62,074 bases of DNA, from contig JBKDZS010000097.1 in assembly GCA_047971445.1 (NCBI GenBank), positions 1 through 62,074 of the forward strand, read 5' to 3'. Below, in pieces: positions 1-9,527 of the stretch. This DNA is from Flavobacteriales bacterium (GTDB lineage Bacteria > Bacteroidota > Bacteroidia > Flavobacteriales > UJ101). Position 1 is the first letter of the stretch. Each line of letters begins with the position of its first letter. The notes below the pieces were generated by a model. That model did no database searches and had not been told where the DNA came from. It saw only the letters and a list, made by a program, of their open reading frames with translations. A program made the translations under genes and the position numbers.

Positions 1-1401
1 AAAATATTTTTCTACAAAACCCAATAAATACACTTTCTTTTTAGCTCTTGTAAAAGCAGTATAAATCCATCTTAAATAATTTTCATCTATCTGTTCTGTA
101 TAAGGTTGCTCAACAAAAATATAATTCCATTGTCCTCCTTGCGCTTTATGACAAGTTACCGCATAAGCATATTTCACTTGAAGCGCATTGAAATACGGGT
201 TTTCTTTAATTTTTTTAAATCTTTTATATTTGGTAGGTTCATCTTCGTAATCTTCCAACACCTTTTCGTATAATCGATTACTTTGCTCATAGGTTAGTCC
301 AGAAGTTTCAGACTGAAGTGTATCAAGTATCAAAACGGTATTAAAATCAGGCTCTTCTGGATAATCGGGCAATGAAATTGTTACTTCTGCGAATTGAAAA
401 CCGTATAATTCAACAATCTTCCTAACTTTTCTAATTTCAATAACTTCTCCATTTGCTATGAAACCCGGTTTAGAAGTCTCGTTCAACCAAAAGTAGTTGT
501 TTTTTAAAACCATCAATCTATCTCCTTTTTCTAAGATATCATCACGTAATAAAATTCGCTGACGTATTTGTTCGTTATACAAATTTGCCCTTTTATTTGA
601 CCTAACTATAACTAAAGTTTCGTCCAAATTTTGAAGCAAATTATCTGCCAAAGCAGTTTCAACATCATAACGATCCGTAAGTCTTTCAAAATCATTATTA
701 GACGTATTCAATTGTAAATCATACATTCGTTCTGATATAAATTCTCGAATTCTAGTAGCATTTTCTATAATCATAGAATGCTCTTCTTGGCGAACTACTT
801 CTGTTAGTTTAAACTCTTGAACCTCTTTACAGTAATTAAAATTTAAATAATTTTGATCTAAAGCAGGACTAATTTCTAAGTGAACAGGTGGAAGCTGGGC
901 AACATCTCCTATAAAAAGGATTTTATTTTTTGAATTTAATTGAAATACATATTGAAATAACTCGTCTAATAAAACCCCTCCTGACAACCCTTTCGAATTC
1001 ATTGCCTGATTGCTTACCATTGAAGCCTCATCCACAATAAAGAGTGTATTTTTTAATTTATTTTTTTTTAAAATAAATTCTGTTCCATTTTTACCATTTC
1101 TAACATGATAAATATGACTATGAATGGTAGAAGCTTTCTTACCTGAGTAATTCCCTAAAACTTTAGCCGACCGACCTGTTGGAGCTAATAATATCACCTT
1201 ATATTCTGTGTTACGTAATGCTTCTACAATCGTTTTTGTTAGACTTGTTTTTCCTGTCCCTGCATAGCCTTTTAAAATGAATACTTCTTGCTCTTGTTGA
1301 ATTATAAATTTTGAAAATATTTTAAAAAAATCATATTGCTCCTCCGTAGGTTTAAAATTAAACTGAGATAACAACTCTAATTTAATACTATCTAAAGTCA
1401 T
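1..1401 (-). CDS. RecD-like ATP-dependent SF1B DNA helicase (stop codon lies just outside the window)
   Basis: Not in ORF track; read manually from ATG at 1401. Walker A LKGYAGTGKT, Walker B IVDEASM, GDVAQLPPV, YAVTCHKAQGG, C-terminal YTAFTRA. Confidence 0.88.
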   Translation of the reverse strand, partial: MTLDSIKLELLSQFNFKPTEEQYDFFKIFSKFIIQQEQEVFILKGYAGTGKTSLTKTIVEALRNTEYKVILLAPTGRSAKVLGNYSGKKASTIHSHIYHVRNGKNGTEFILKKNKLKNTLFIVDEASMVSNQAMNSKGLSGGVLLDELFQYVFQLNSKNKILFIGDVAQLPPVHLEISPALDQNYLNFNYCKEVQEFKLTEVVRQEEHSMIIENATRIREFISERMYDLQLNTSNNDFERLTDRYDVETALADNLLQNLDETLVIVRSNKRANLYNEQIRQRILLRDDILEKGDRLMVLKNNYFWLNETSKPGFIANGEVIEIRKVRKIVELYGFQFAEVTISLPDYPEEPDFNTVLILDTLQSETSGLTYEQSNRLYEKVLEDYEDEPTKYKRFKKIKENPYFNALQVKYAYAVTCHKAQGGQWNYIFVEQPYTEQIDENYLRWIYTAFTRAKKKVYLLGFVEKYF

Positions 1402-1504
1402 ATTTCAAAAATAGCCAAAATATTTCTTTTATAACTGAAAAAAAATTGTAGTTTTGTTTTCTGTGGAATTTTGAATCTAAAAAAGTAATATAAAGTATTT
1501 TATT

Positions 1505-2221
1505 ATGAGCAGAAGTCTGAGAGTTGGTTTGCAATTGTTCTTGCTAGTGGGAGCATTATTAGTTGCTTACTTTGGTTGGAACAGTGTAAATGAACCCGTA
1601 CAATTTGACAAAGAACGTGATGAAAAGTACATTGAGGTAATTCATAAGATGAGAGAGATTCGTGATGCACAAATTGCTTATCGTGATTACCATAATCAAT
1701 ACGCCCCTACATGGGACGAACTAATTTCTTTTATCGACACAGGAAAATATGTAGTATTAGAAAAAAAAGACGTTAAAGTGATGAAAACTCAACGCGGTCT
1801 TTCCTATGAAGGTACTAAAACTGTTATTGACACCTTAGATGTAGTTCCGTTAAAAGATTCTTTGTTTAAGAAGTACAAAACAGCTTCCAAAACTCAAATT
1901 AATGAATTACGCTATATTCCAGGATTAAAAGATAAAAAAGAGTTTGAAATAGAATCAACTTTAGAAGAAAACTATGATAGCCTAAACGAGCGCAATATTC
2001 GTACTATTCGATTTGAAGTTCGTGTGCCAAAAAGAATTTTACTAAATTCTTTGAATAATAATTACGATCAGTTTTACGTAGAACGTGAAATTAATGCTAA
2101 AAAGGATATCAAAGACTCTGTCTTAAAGATTGGCTCTTTGTACATCAATTCTACTGACGGTAACTGGCCTAAAGCTTATGACCTTATGGTTGATGATAAG
2201 TATAAGAAGCGTAACGGATAA
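1505..2221 (+). CDS. Conserved Bacteroidota membrane-anchored hypothetical protein
   Basis: 238 aa ORF with one N-terminal TM helix; first gene of a run with DUF3822 and rsmD. Confidence 0.7.
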   Translation: MSRSLRVGLQLFLLVGALLVAYFGWNSVNEPVQFDKERDEKYIEVIHKMREIRDAQIAYRDYHNQYAPTWDELISFIDTGKYVVLEKKDVKVMKTQRGLSYEGTKTVIDTLDVVPLKDSLFKKYKTASKTQINELRYIPGLKDKKEFEIESTLEENYDSLNERNIRTIRFEVRVPKRILLNSLNNNYDQFYVEREINAKKDIKDSVLKIGSLYINSTDGNWPKAYDLMVDDKYKKRNG

Positions 2222-2236
2222 CTTATTATCTATAAA

Positions 2237-2983
2237 ATGACACCCAGCACTATCGATATACTGTCCATCCACCTTAATGTGGATGGATTTTCTTTTTACT
2301 TTTTTGAAAAGGACAAAGTACTTGTTACAAAGAAAAATTATTTTATTGAATCTCAGTCTCCTCAAAATTACGCTGAACATCTAATAAAAATTATCCAAAA
2401 AGAGAAAACAGAATATTTTTCTTCAATACGTCTTATTTTTTCCAACAAACTCTTTACCTTAGTTCCTAACGAACTTTTCAATGAAAATAAAATTTCAGAC
2501 TACATTGAATTTAATAGTTTCTTATTACCTCATGATCCTATTGAATCCATATTAATCAAGGAACTCGATATTCAATTTTTATACAGTTATGCTGAATCTA
2601 TAGAAATTCAGATTAAAAATCTTTTTCCTAAAAAAGAAATTAAAATTCTCCATAGTGGTTATTCACTAATCAATCAATTATCCAATTTCTCATCTAAAAA
2701 TCAATATTTTGTTTGGTTTAACTTCTCTAGTATTGAACTCATTTATTTCGATAAAGAACAACTCATTTTTTATAACTATTTTGATACTAAAACTAAAGAA
2801 GATATTTTATACTATGTACTTTTCATTGCTCAACAACTTGAAATTGATGTTAATGAAAAACACGTCCATCTACTTGGAAACATAGAAAATCACAGTGAGA
2901 CTATTTCCATGATGAAAAAGCACATCCGTCACGTTAAAATTGGTATTGACGAGAATATCACCTTTAAAGATTTTATACTTTGA
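2237..2983 (+). CDS. DUF3822 family protein
   Basis: LSIHLNVDGFSF, FTLVPNELF, FYNYF...EDILYYVLF motifs; adjacent to rsmD. Confidence 0.8.
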   Translation: MTPSTIDILSIHLNVDGFSFYFFEKDKVLVTKKNYFIESQSPQNYAEHLIKIIQKEKTEYFSSIRLIFSNKLFTLVPNELFNENKISDYIEFNSFLLPHDPIESILIKELDIQFLYSYAESIEIQIKNLFPKKEIKILHSGYSLINQLSNFSSKNQYFVWFNFSSIELIYFDKEQLIFYNYFDTKTKEDILYYVLFIAQQLEIDVNEKHVHLLGNIENHSETISMMKKHIRHVKIGIDENITFKDFIL

Positions 2984-3546
2984 TGCGAATTATTTCTGGG
3001 CAATATAAAGGTAAGCGATTGATAGCCCCTAAAAATTTACCTGTTCGGCCTACCACAGATATGGCCAAAGAATCATTATTTAACATTCTCAATAATCGTT
3101 ATTACTTTCAAAATATACGTATTTTAGATTTATTTTCAGGAACAGGAAATATAAGCTACGAATTTGCTTCTCGAGGAGCAACTGATATCACCTCTGTAGA
3201 CAAAAGTGTTCAATGTATCAAATTTATCAAAAAAACCATTTCAGAATTATCATTTGAAACACAAATAAATATAATTAAAAGTGACGTATTTAATTTTTTA
3301 AAAAATCACTCACTATCATATGATATTATTTTTGCAGACCCTCCCTATGATTTCTCCGAAGATCAGCTTTTTATGATTTCTGATATTATTTTTCAAAAAA
3401 AAATACTTAGTAAAGATGGCGCATTAATTATTGAACATTCTCCTTATAGACAATTTAAAGATCATTCTAATTTTATTGAAACAAAAAAGTACGGAGGTAT
3501 ATGCTTAAGCTTTTTTTCCAATAAATGTTCTTCAGAATCTATATAA
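2983..3546 (+). CDS. rsmD: 16S rRNA m2G966 methyltransferase RsmD
   Basis: MRIISG..KG, RPTTD, LDLFSGTG, FADPPY; ATG overlaps upstream TGA. Confidence 0.93.
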   Translation: MRIISGQYKGKRLIAPKNLPVRPTTDMAKESLFNILNNRYYFQNIRILDLFSGTGNISYEFASRGATDITSVDKSVQCIKFIKKTISELSFETQINIIKSDVFNFLKNHSLSYDIIFADPPYDFSEDQLFMISDIIFQKKILSKDGALIIEHSPYRQFKDHSNFIETKKYGGICLSFFSNKCSSESI

Positions 3547-3577
3547 TTTATATTACCTTGCGTTCAAAATTAAAAAA

Positions 3578-3979
3578 ATGAAACATTTAAAATCTATTTT
3601 ATTCACTTTTTCCTTAATAACAGGAAACTTAATTCTTGCACAACAGATTAAAGGATTCGATGTCGGAACATTGTTAAAGTCATTAAACAATTCTATCGAT
3701 AATGTAGAAGGCGTAACTTTAGACTCCTCCAAACGAGCTAAATTCGAAAATGTAAACAAGTTATTTTCAAATAACTTAACAGACTTTTTAACCGATTATG
3801 ATTCTAGGTCTAAAAGAGAAAACACCGTTTATTTGAATGAAATATTCAATAAAAGAGAAGATGACTTGGAACACTTATTCGGCAATGATGTTTATAAAAA
3901 ATACAGAAAAAGCACAAAAAAAACACTTAAGAAAACCAAACGTAAAGTAAAAACTAGCGTCATAAAAAGTATTTTATAG
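3578..3979 (+). CDS. Hypothetical secreted protein
   Basis: 133 aa, Sec signal-like N-terminus, Lys-rich C-terminus, followed by terminator. Confidence 0.6.
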   Translation: MKHLKSILFTFSLITGNLILAQQIKGFDVGTLLKSLNNSIDNVEGVTLDSSKRAKFENVNKLFSNNLTDFLTDYDSRSKRENTVYLNEIFNKREDDLEHLFGNDVYKKYRKSTKKTLKKTKRKVKTSVIKSIL

Positions 3980-3987
3980 TATATATA

Positions 3988-4016
3988 AAAACATCCCGAT
4001 TTCGTCGGGATGTTTT
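3988..4016. terminator. Bidirectional intrinsic terminator
   Basis: AAAACATCCCGA-TTTCG-TCGGGATGTTTT perfect hairpin between convergent genes. Confidence 0.85.
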
Positions 4017-4506
4017 ATTTTTTGTATTCTATTACAACTAGATCAAAAATACGATCCTTTTCGATTTTAAATTTTAACATCGTTCTTACCTTATGAAAAC
4101 CGTACTTTCCAATGGCTCCTGGGTTCATATGCAATAACCCCATTTTTGGGTCAGGGACTACTTTTAAAATATGAGAATGTCCACAAATAAATAACTTAGG
4201 AGGGTTTTCTTTTAATTCATTATAAATTTTAGGACTATATCTACTTGGATAACCTCCAATATGTGTAATCAGAACCTCAACCTTTTCACACATAAAACGA
4301 TTATGTAATGGGAATTTATTCCTTATTTCAGTTCCATCAATATTTCCATATACAGCTCGTAATGTTCCGTATTCTTGTAATTCATCTGAAACATGAATAG
4401 CACCAATATCTCCTGCATGCCAAATTTCATCTACTTCTTTCGCATGTTTTATTATTTCTTGACCCATATAACCATGTGTATCCGATAGTAATAAAATATT
4501 TTTCAT
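4015..4506 (-). CDS. YfcE-like metallophosphoesterase
   Basis: SDTHG, HAGD, GNID, GHSH, NPG metal-binding motifs. Confidence 0.88.
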   Translation of the reverse strand: MKNILLLSDTHGYMGQEIIKHAKEVDEIWHAGDIGAIHVSDELQEYGTLRAVYGNIDGTEIRNKFPLHNRFMCEKVEVLITHIGGYPSRYSPKIYNELKENPPKLFICGHSHILKVVPDPKMGLLHMNPGAIGKYGFHKVRTMLKFKIEKDRIFDLVVIEYKK

Positions 4507-4599
4507 AAAAATCTGATCTTAAATTTAACTTTCAAAAAAGGAATTCTTCCCACCTAAATTTATTTTTCTTCTTACCTTTGTTCGATAAATTTACAAAAT

Positions 4600-5343
4600 T
4601 TGAGGTATTTCTTAGAGTTAGCATATGACGGAAGCTATTATCACGGTTGGCAAGTTCAACCGAACGCGATCTCTGTTCAAGAAACTATTGAAAAATGCCT
4701 TTCAGTTTTACTTGCTTCCAAAATTAAAATTACAGGAGCTGGAAGAACGGATTCAGGTGTTCATGCAAAACAAATGTTCGCTCATTTTGATAGTGAAAAA
4801 CCTCTAAACAAAAGTTTAGTTGGGCGTGTGAATAATTTCTTGCCAAAAGATATTGTTATCTTAGATTGTTTTCCTGTTAACGAAAATGCTCACGCTCGAT
4901 TTGATGCTATTTCCCGTTGCTATAAATATTATATTTCTTTAAGAAAAAACCCTTTTAATTATCACTCAACATGGCAATTTTCAAATATAGATTTGGATAT
5001 CAATTTAATGAATCAGGCAGCTCAAATATTATTTAACTATGACGATTTTACTAGTTTTTCAAAATTACATACTGATGTAAAAACTAATCATTGTAAAATT
5101 TCTAAAGCAAAATGGCTTTTTCTAGAGAAAGATTTATTATGTTTTGAAATCACAGCAGACCGATTCTTACGTAATATGGTTCGAGCTATCGTAGGGACTT
5201 TAACAGATGTTGGAAGAAAGAAACTATCTTTAACCGAATTTAGAACTATTATTGAAAAAAAAGACCGTAGTAAAGCAGGTGCTTCAGCTCCTGCAAAGGG
5301 ACTTTTCCTAGTAGAAATAATTTACCCTGAAACTATTAAATGA
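4600..5343 (+). CDS. truA: tRNA pseudouridine(38-40) synthase TruA
   Basis: YDGS.YHGWQ.QP, GAGRTDSGVHA, FLRNMVR; TTG start. Confidence 0.95.
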   Translation: MRYFLELAYDGSYYHGWQVQPNAISVQETIEKCLSVLLASKIKITGAGRTDSGVHAKQMFAHFDSEKPLNKSLVGRVNNFLPKDIVILDCFPVNENAHARFDAISRCYKYYISLRKNPFNYHSTWQFSNIDLDINLMNQAAQILFNYDDFTSFSKLHTDVKTNHCKISKAKWLFLEKDLLCFEITADRFLRNMVRAIVGTLTDVGRKKLSLTEFRTIIEKKDRSKAGASAPAKGLFLVEIIYPETIK

Positions 5344-7091
5344 CTTTTATTAAAAAAAATATTATTCAAAAGCTGATTCATTATCCCTTACAATATAAAG
5401 GATTATTTATCGCTACTATTTTAATTGCTCTATCCAATTCGTATGCCTCAGCTTACCGTCCCAAATTAATTAGTGAGGTCATTGACGTAGTTATTCCTAA
5501 TAAAAATCTCGAACTACTTTTACAAAGTATTTACCTTATTGTTGGTATTATTATAATAGAGGCTGTTTTGCAGTTTATTTTTATCATACTAGCTAACACT
5601 TTTGCACAAAATATTATTCAAGACATTCGAAATGATCTTTTTAAAAAACTAATCTATTTTAAATTAGATTTCTTTAACAATACCCCTAATGGAGTTTTAG
5701 TCACACGTGCTGTTTCTGATATTGAAACAATTTCTACAGTATTTAGTGATGGTCTAATCATGATTTTTGGAGATATCTTAAAAATTTCTTTTATCATCTT
5801 AATGATGTATACCATCAACTGGAAGATGGCTACCATTATATTACTTATCATACCCATCATGATTTTTTTGACTCGTTATTTTCAAAAATCTATAAAAAAA
5901 ACGTTTCAAGATGAGCGGTCCTTAGCTGCTAAATTAAATAGTTTCGTTCAAGAACGTATTACGGGCATTAAAATCATACAAATTTTCAATCGAGAAAAAG
6001 CTGAATTTAAAAAGTTTCAAAAAATTAATACAGAACTAAAACAAGCCCATATACGTACCGTTTTTTACTTTGCTGTCTTTTTTCCTATCACAGAAATCAT
6101 CTCTTCCATTGCTATTGGCTTGGTTATCCTTTATGGAGGATACGCTACATATAATGATCTCCCTATAAATGCTGGAGAAATTATTGCTTTTATCCTTTAC
6201 ATTCAAATGCTATTTCGCCCTATGCGACAAGTTGCCGATCGTTTTAACAATATGCAACGCGGATTGGTCGGAGCAGAACGGGTTTTAAAGCTCATGGATA
6301 GTCATGAAGTGATACCTAATCATGGTATCACCCAATTAAATCAGATGAACGGCAATATTGAGTTCAAAGATGTTCATTTTTCATATAAAAAAGGTGAAGA
6401 AGTTCTAAAAGGAATTTCTTTTCAAGTAAAAGCAGGGGAAACAATTGCTATAGTTGGAGCTACAGGTGCAGGAAAATCAACTATAGTTAATCTTTTAACC
6501 CGTTTTTATGATATAGATTCGGGAAAGATAGAAATTGATGCCATTGATATCAAAGATATCCCTCTAGAAACCTTAAGAACAAAAATAGCTGTCGTACTAC
6601 AAGACGTATTTCTATTTAACGATACTATTTTTCAAAATATAACTCTTGGAAATAACGCTATTTCAAAAGAACATGTTATCAATGCTGCAAAAAAAATAAA
6701 ACTTCATCAATTTATTCAAAACTTACCTAATGAATATGATTATGAGGTAAAAGAACGAGGAGCTACTCTTTCTGTTGGACAACGTCAATTAATTTCCTTT
6801 TTAAGAGCTATGGTTTACAATCCTGATATTTTAGTCTTGGATGAAGCTACTTCTTCTATCGATAACCATTCTGAACATCTCATTCAAGAAGCAACTCAAA
6901 AAGTAACACAAAATCGAACCTCTATTGTAATTGCCCATCGGTTAGCGACTATTCAAAATGCTGATAAAATCATTGCTTTAGAAAACGGAACTATAAAAGA
7001 AATTGGAACACATCAGGAGCTATTACAAAACCCTAACAGTTATTACAAAAGGCTTTACGATGCACAGTTTTCTACTTACTCTAACCTATAG
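5340..7091 (+). CDS. ABC exporter, fused permease/ATPase (MsbA/MdlB-like)
   Basis: N-terminal TM domain; GATGAGKS, LSVGQRQ, LVLDEAT, IAHRL. Confidence 0.92.
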   Translation: MTFIKKNIIQKLIHYPLQYKGLFIATILIALSNSYASAYRPKLISEVIDVVIPNKNLELLLQSIYLIVGIIIIEAVLQFIFIILANTFAQNIIQDIRNDLFKKLIYFKLDFFNNTPNGVLVTRAVSDIETISTVFSDGLIMIFGDILKISFIILMMYTINWKMATIILLIIPIMIFLTRYFQKSIKKTFQDERSLAAKLNSFVQERITGIKIIQIFNREKAEFKKFQKINTELKQAHIRTVFYFAVFFPITEIISSIAIGLVILYGGYATYNDLPINAGEIIAFILYIQMLFRPMRQVADRFNNMQRGLVGAERVLKLMDSHEVIPNHGITQLNQMNGNIEFKDVHFSYKKGEEVLKGISFQVKAGETIAIVGATGAGKSTIVNLLTRFYDIDSGKIEIDAIDIKDIPLETLRTKIAVVLQDVFLFNDTIFQNITLGNNAISKEHVINAAKKIKLHQFIQNLPNEYDYEVKERGATLSVGQRQLISFLRAMVYNPDILVLDEATSSIDNHSEHLIQEATQKVTQNRTSIVIAHRLATIQNADKIIALENGTIKEIGTHQELLQNPNSYYKRLYDAQFSTYSNL

Positions 7092-7208
7092 CTTATAAAT
7101 CATCTTTTCTATTACAGTTTACAAAACCTCAAAGCTCATGTTTATACTTTAACTTGAAGTAAGAAATATTTTACAAAAACTTTTTCTTACATTTATAATT
7201 TTTTACTC

Positions 7209-7216
7209 TATATTTG
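7209..7216 (+). promoter_or_regulatory. Bacteroidota sigma-70 -7 element
   Basis: TATATTTG about 40 nt upstream of the lipoprotein ATG. Confidence 0.6.
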
Positions 7217-7255
7217 CCCAAATATTTAATATACATATTAAAAAACTTAAAGAGT

Positions 7256-7729
7256 ATGAAAAAGACATTATTTGCATTGTCGATAATTGGATTAGTAGGA
7301 TTCACTTCTTGTAAGAAAGCTGTTGAAGCTACAGAGAACGCTGTGGATAAAACTGCAGAAGTTGCAGGAGAAGCTGTAGATAAAACTGCAGAAGCTGCAA
7401 CCAATGTTGTTGAAGGAACAGTAGATGCAGTAAAAGGAGCTACAGAGGAAGTAAAAGATTTAGTATCAGAAATTCCTGCAACAGGAAATGAAAAAATTGA
7501 TTCTTTCTTAAAAGAGGCTGATGCTTATTTTAAAACAGCTAAGGAAGCTTATAGTTCTAAAAATTCTGAAAAATTAGCTGAAATAACAAAAGCAGGAGAA
7601 GAGTTTGCTAAAAAACAACAAGAAATGGCTGCTGAGTTTCAAAACTTACCAGCTGATATTCAAACTAAGATTAGTGAGTATTTCACTTCTAAGAGTAATG
7701 AATTAATGGAAGCTATGAAAGCTGAATAA
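7256..7729 (+). CDS. Lipoprotein with 11-residue Ala/Glu-rich repeats
   Basis: Start moved to ATG 7256 (MKKTLFALSIIGLVGFTS-C lipobox); AVDKTAEVAGE/AVDKTAEAATN repeats. Confidence 0.75.
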   Translation: MKKTLFALSIIGLVGFTSCKKAVEATENAVDKTAEVAGEAVDKTAEAATNVVEGTVDAVKGATEEVKDLVSEIPATGNEKIDSFLKEADAYFKTAKEAYSSKNSEKLAEITKAGEEFAKKQQEMAAEFQNLPADIQTKISEYFTSKSNELMEAMKAE

Positions 7730-7756
7730 ATTAAAAATTCATTTTAGTTTACATAT

Positions 7757-7787
7757 AAACCTGGCTCATTTGTCAGGTTTTTTATTT
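7757..7787 (+). terminator. Intrinsic terminator
   Basis: AAACCTGGC-TCATTT-GTCAGGTTT followed by T tract. Confidence 0.75.
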
Positions 7788-7812
7788 TTAATTATTAATA
7801 AAAAATTTATAC

Positions 7813-8886
7813 TTGTTTAAAGAGATTTTATATAAATCCGGCTATACTTTATTGACTCTTTGGGGAGTTATTACCGTTATTTTCTGTTTATTCTTTATTC
7901 TTCCAGGAGATCCTGCTAGGATGATGCTAGATCAACGGGAAGATAAAATGCAACTAAAAATAGTTCGTCAAAAATTAGGATTAGACTTACCTATTTTTGC
8001 ACAATATGCCTACTATTTAAATGACCTATCCCCTATTTCTCTTCACAATACAACAACTCCGAATAGTATTGACTACTATTCTACATCAAAGTATAATTCT
8101 ATTGTATTATTTGAAACCGATACAAGCAAAACTATTATAAAAACACCCTACCTTAGGGAATCTTTTCAAAATCAAGGAAAGAAAGTAAGCTCAATTTTAA
8201 AAGAAGTTTTACCTAACACCATTTTACTAGCTTTCTGTTCTATTACCATTGCCTTTATACTAGGTGTTTTATTGGGTGTTTTTTCAGCCCTGACACAAAA
8301 TAGCTCATTTGATCGAATCATAGCTATTATTACTTCAATAGGCATGAGTATTCCCTCTTTCTTTTCAGCTATTTTAATGGCTTGGATTTTTGCTTTCGTT
8401 TTAAGAGAATATACTGGATTAAATATGACAGGAAGCCTTTATGAAATTGATGATATGGGAGAAGGTAGACATTTAACTTTAAAAAACTTGATTTTACCCT
8501 CCTTAACACTGGGAATACGACCTCTTGCAGTTATCACACAATTAATGAGAAATTCGCTATTAGAAGTTTTAAACCAAGATTATATTCGAACAGCAAAAGC
8601 CAAAGGACTTTCAACTTTTACAATTATTAGAAAACATGCCCTAAAAAACGCCTTAAACCCTGTAATAACTGCCATTTCAGGATGGTTTGCAAGTATGCTA
8701 GCCGGAGCTGTTTTTGTAGAATATATTTTCGGATGGAATGGATTAGGAAAGGAAATTGTTGATGCTCTTAATAACCTAGATTTACCTGTTATTATGGGAG
8801 CTGTTCTTATTATTGCTTTTATGTTCATTTTCATCAATATTATAGTCGACTTACTCTATAAATTATTAGATCCTAGAGTTCGTTAA
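7813..8886 (+). CDS. DppB/OppB-family ABC permease
   Basis: PGDPA, LGLD.P...QY, DYIRTAKAKGL EAA loop, VEYIFGWNGLG, LDPRVR. Confidence 0.9.
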   Translation: MFKEILYKSGYTLLTLWGVITVIFCLFFILPGDPARMMLDQREDKMQLKIVRQKLGLDLPIFAQYAYYLNDLSPISLHNTTTPNSIDYYSTSKYNSIVLFETDTSKTIIKTPYLRESFQNQGKKVSSILKEVLPNTILLAFCSITIAFILGVLLGVFSALTQNSSFDRIIAIITSIGMSIPSFFSAILMAWIFAFVLREYTGLNMTGSLYEIDDMGEGRHLTLKNLILPSLTLGIRPLAVITQLMRNSLLEVLNQDYIRTAKAKGLSTFTIIRKHALKNALNPVITAISGWFASMLAGAVFVEYIFGWNGLGKEIVDALNNLDLPVIMGAVLIIAFMFIFINIIVDLLYKLLDPRVR

Positions 8887-8927
8887 ACAGGACTATAATT
8901 AAGATCTTCTTATAAAAAATTAAAAAC

Positions 8928-9527
8928 CTATAACTCTAAAGTCAACTGATCTTCTAATAATTTAAAACTCATTCGATGAAAAAAAGTTATCCCATGTTTT
9001 TTAATTCCCTCCCGATGTTTTTTTGTAGGATAACCTTTATTACTATCCCATCCGTAATAAGGATATTTTTCGTGTAATTCAAGCATAAAATCATCTCGAT
9101 AAGTTTTAGCAAGAATAGAAGCTGCAGCTATGTTAAAATACTTCCCATCTCCTTTTACAATTGTTTGATGAGGAATTTTTCCATACGGTTTAAATCTATT
9201 CCCATCAATAATAATATGTTGAGGAACTATTTTCAAACTATCTAATGCTCGATGCATAGCTAATATAGATGCATTAAGAATATTAATTTCATCAATCTTT
9301 TGATGATCCACAAAAGCCACAGCATAAGCCAAGGATTCTTCCTCAATGACTTTACGTAAAGCATATCGTTTTTTGACTGTAAGTTGCTTAGAGTCGTTCA
9401 ATAATTCAGATGTAAAACCATTTGGCAAAATAACAGCTGCAGCTACCACAGGGCCAGCTAAACAACCTCGACCTGCTTCATCACATCCCGCTTCTAACAG
9501 GTTTCTTTTTAACTGGTTTTGGAGCAT
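8928..9527 (-). CDS. rnhB: Ribonuclease HII
   Basis: GCDEAGRG.LAGPV, DSK, KGD, IAAASILAK, NKGYPT. Confidence 0.96.
   Translation of the reverse strand: MLQNQLKRNLLEAGCDEAGRGCLAGPVVAAAVILPNGFTSELLNDSKQLTVKKRYALRKVIEEESLAYAVAFVDHQKIDEINILNASILAMHRALDSLKIVPQHIIIDGNRFKPYGKIPHQTIVKGDGKYFNIAAASILAKTYRDDFMLELHEKYPYYGWDSNKGYPTKKHREGIKKHGITFFHRMSFKLLEDQLTLEL

Noticed and set aside
7813..8886. Orphan DppB permease lacking ATPase and binding protein
   Set aside because: Dispersed peptide-ABC components are common in Flavobacteriales
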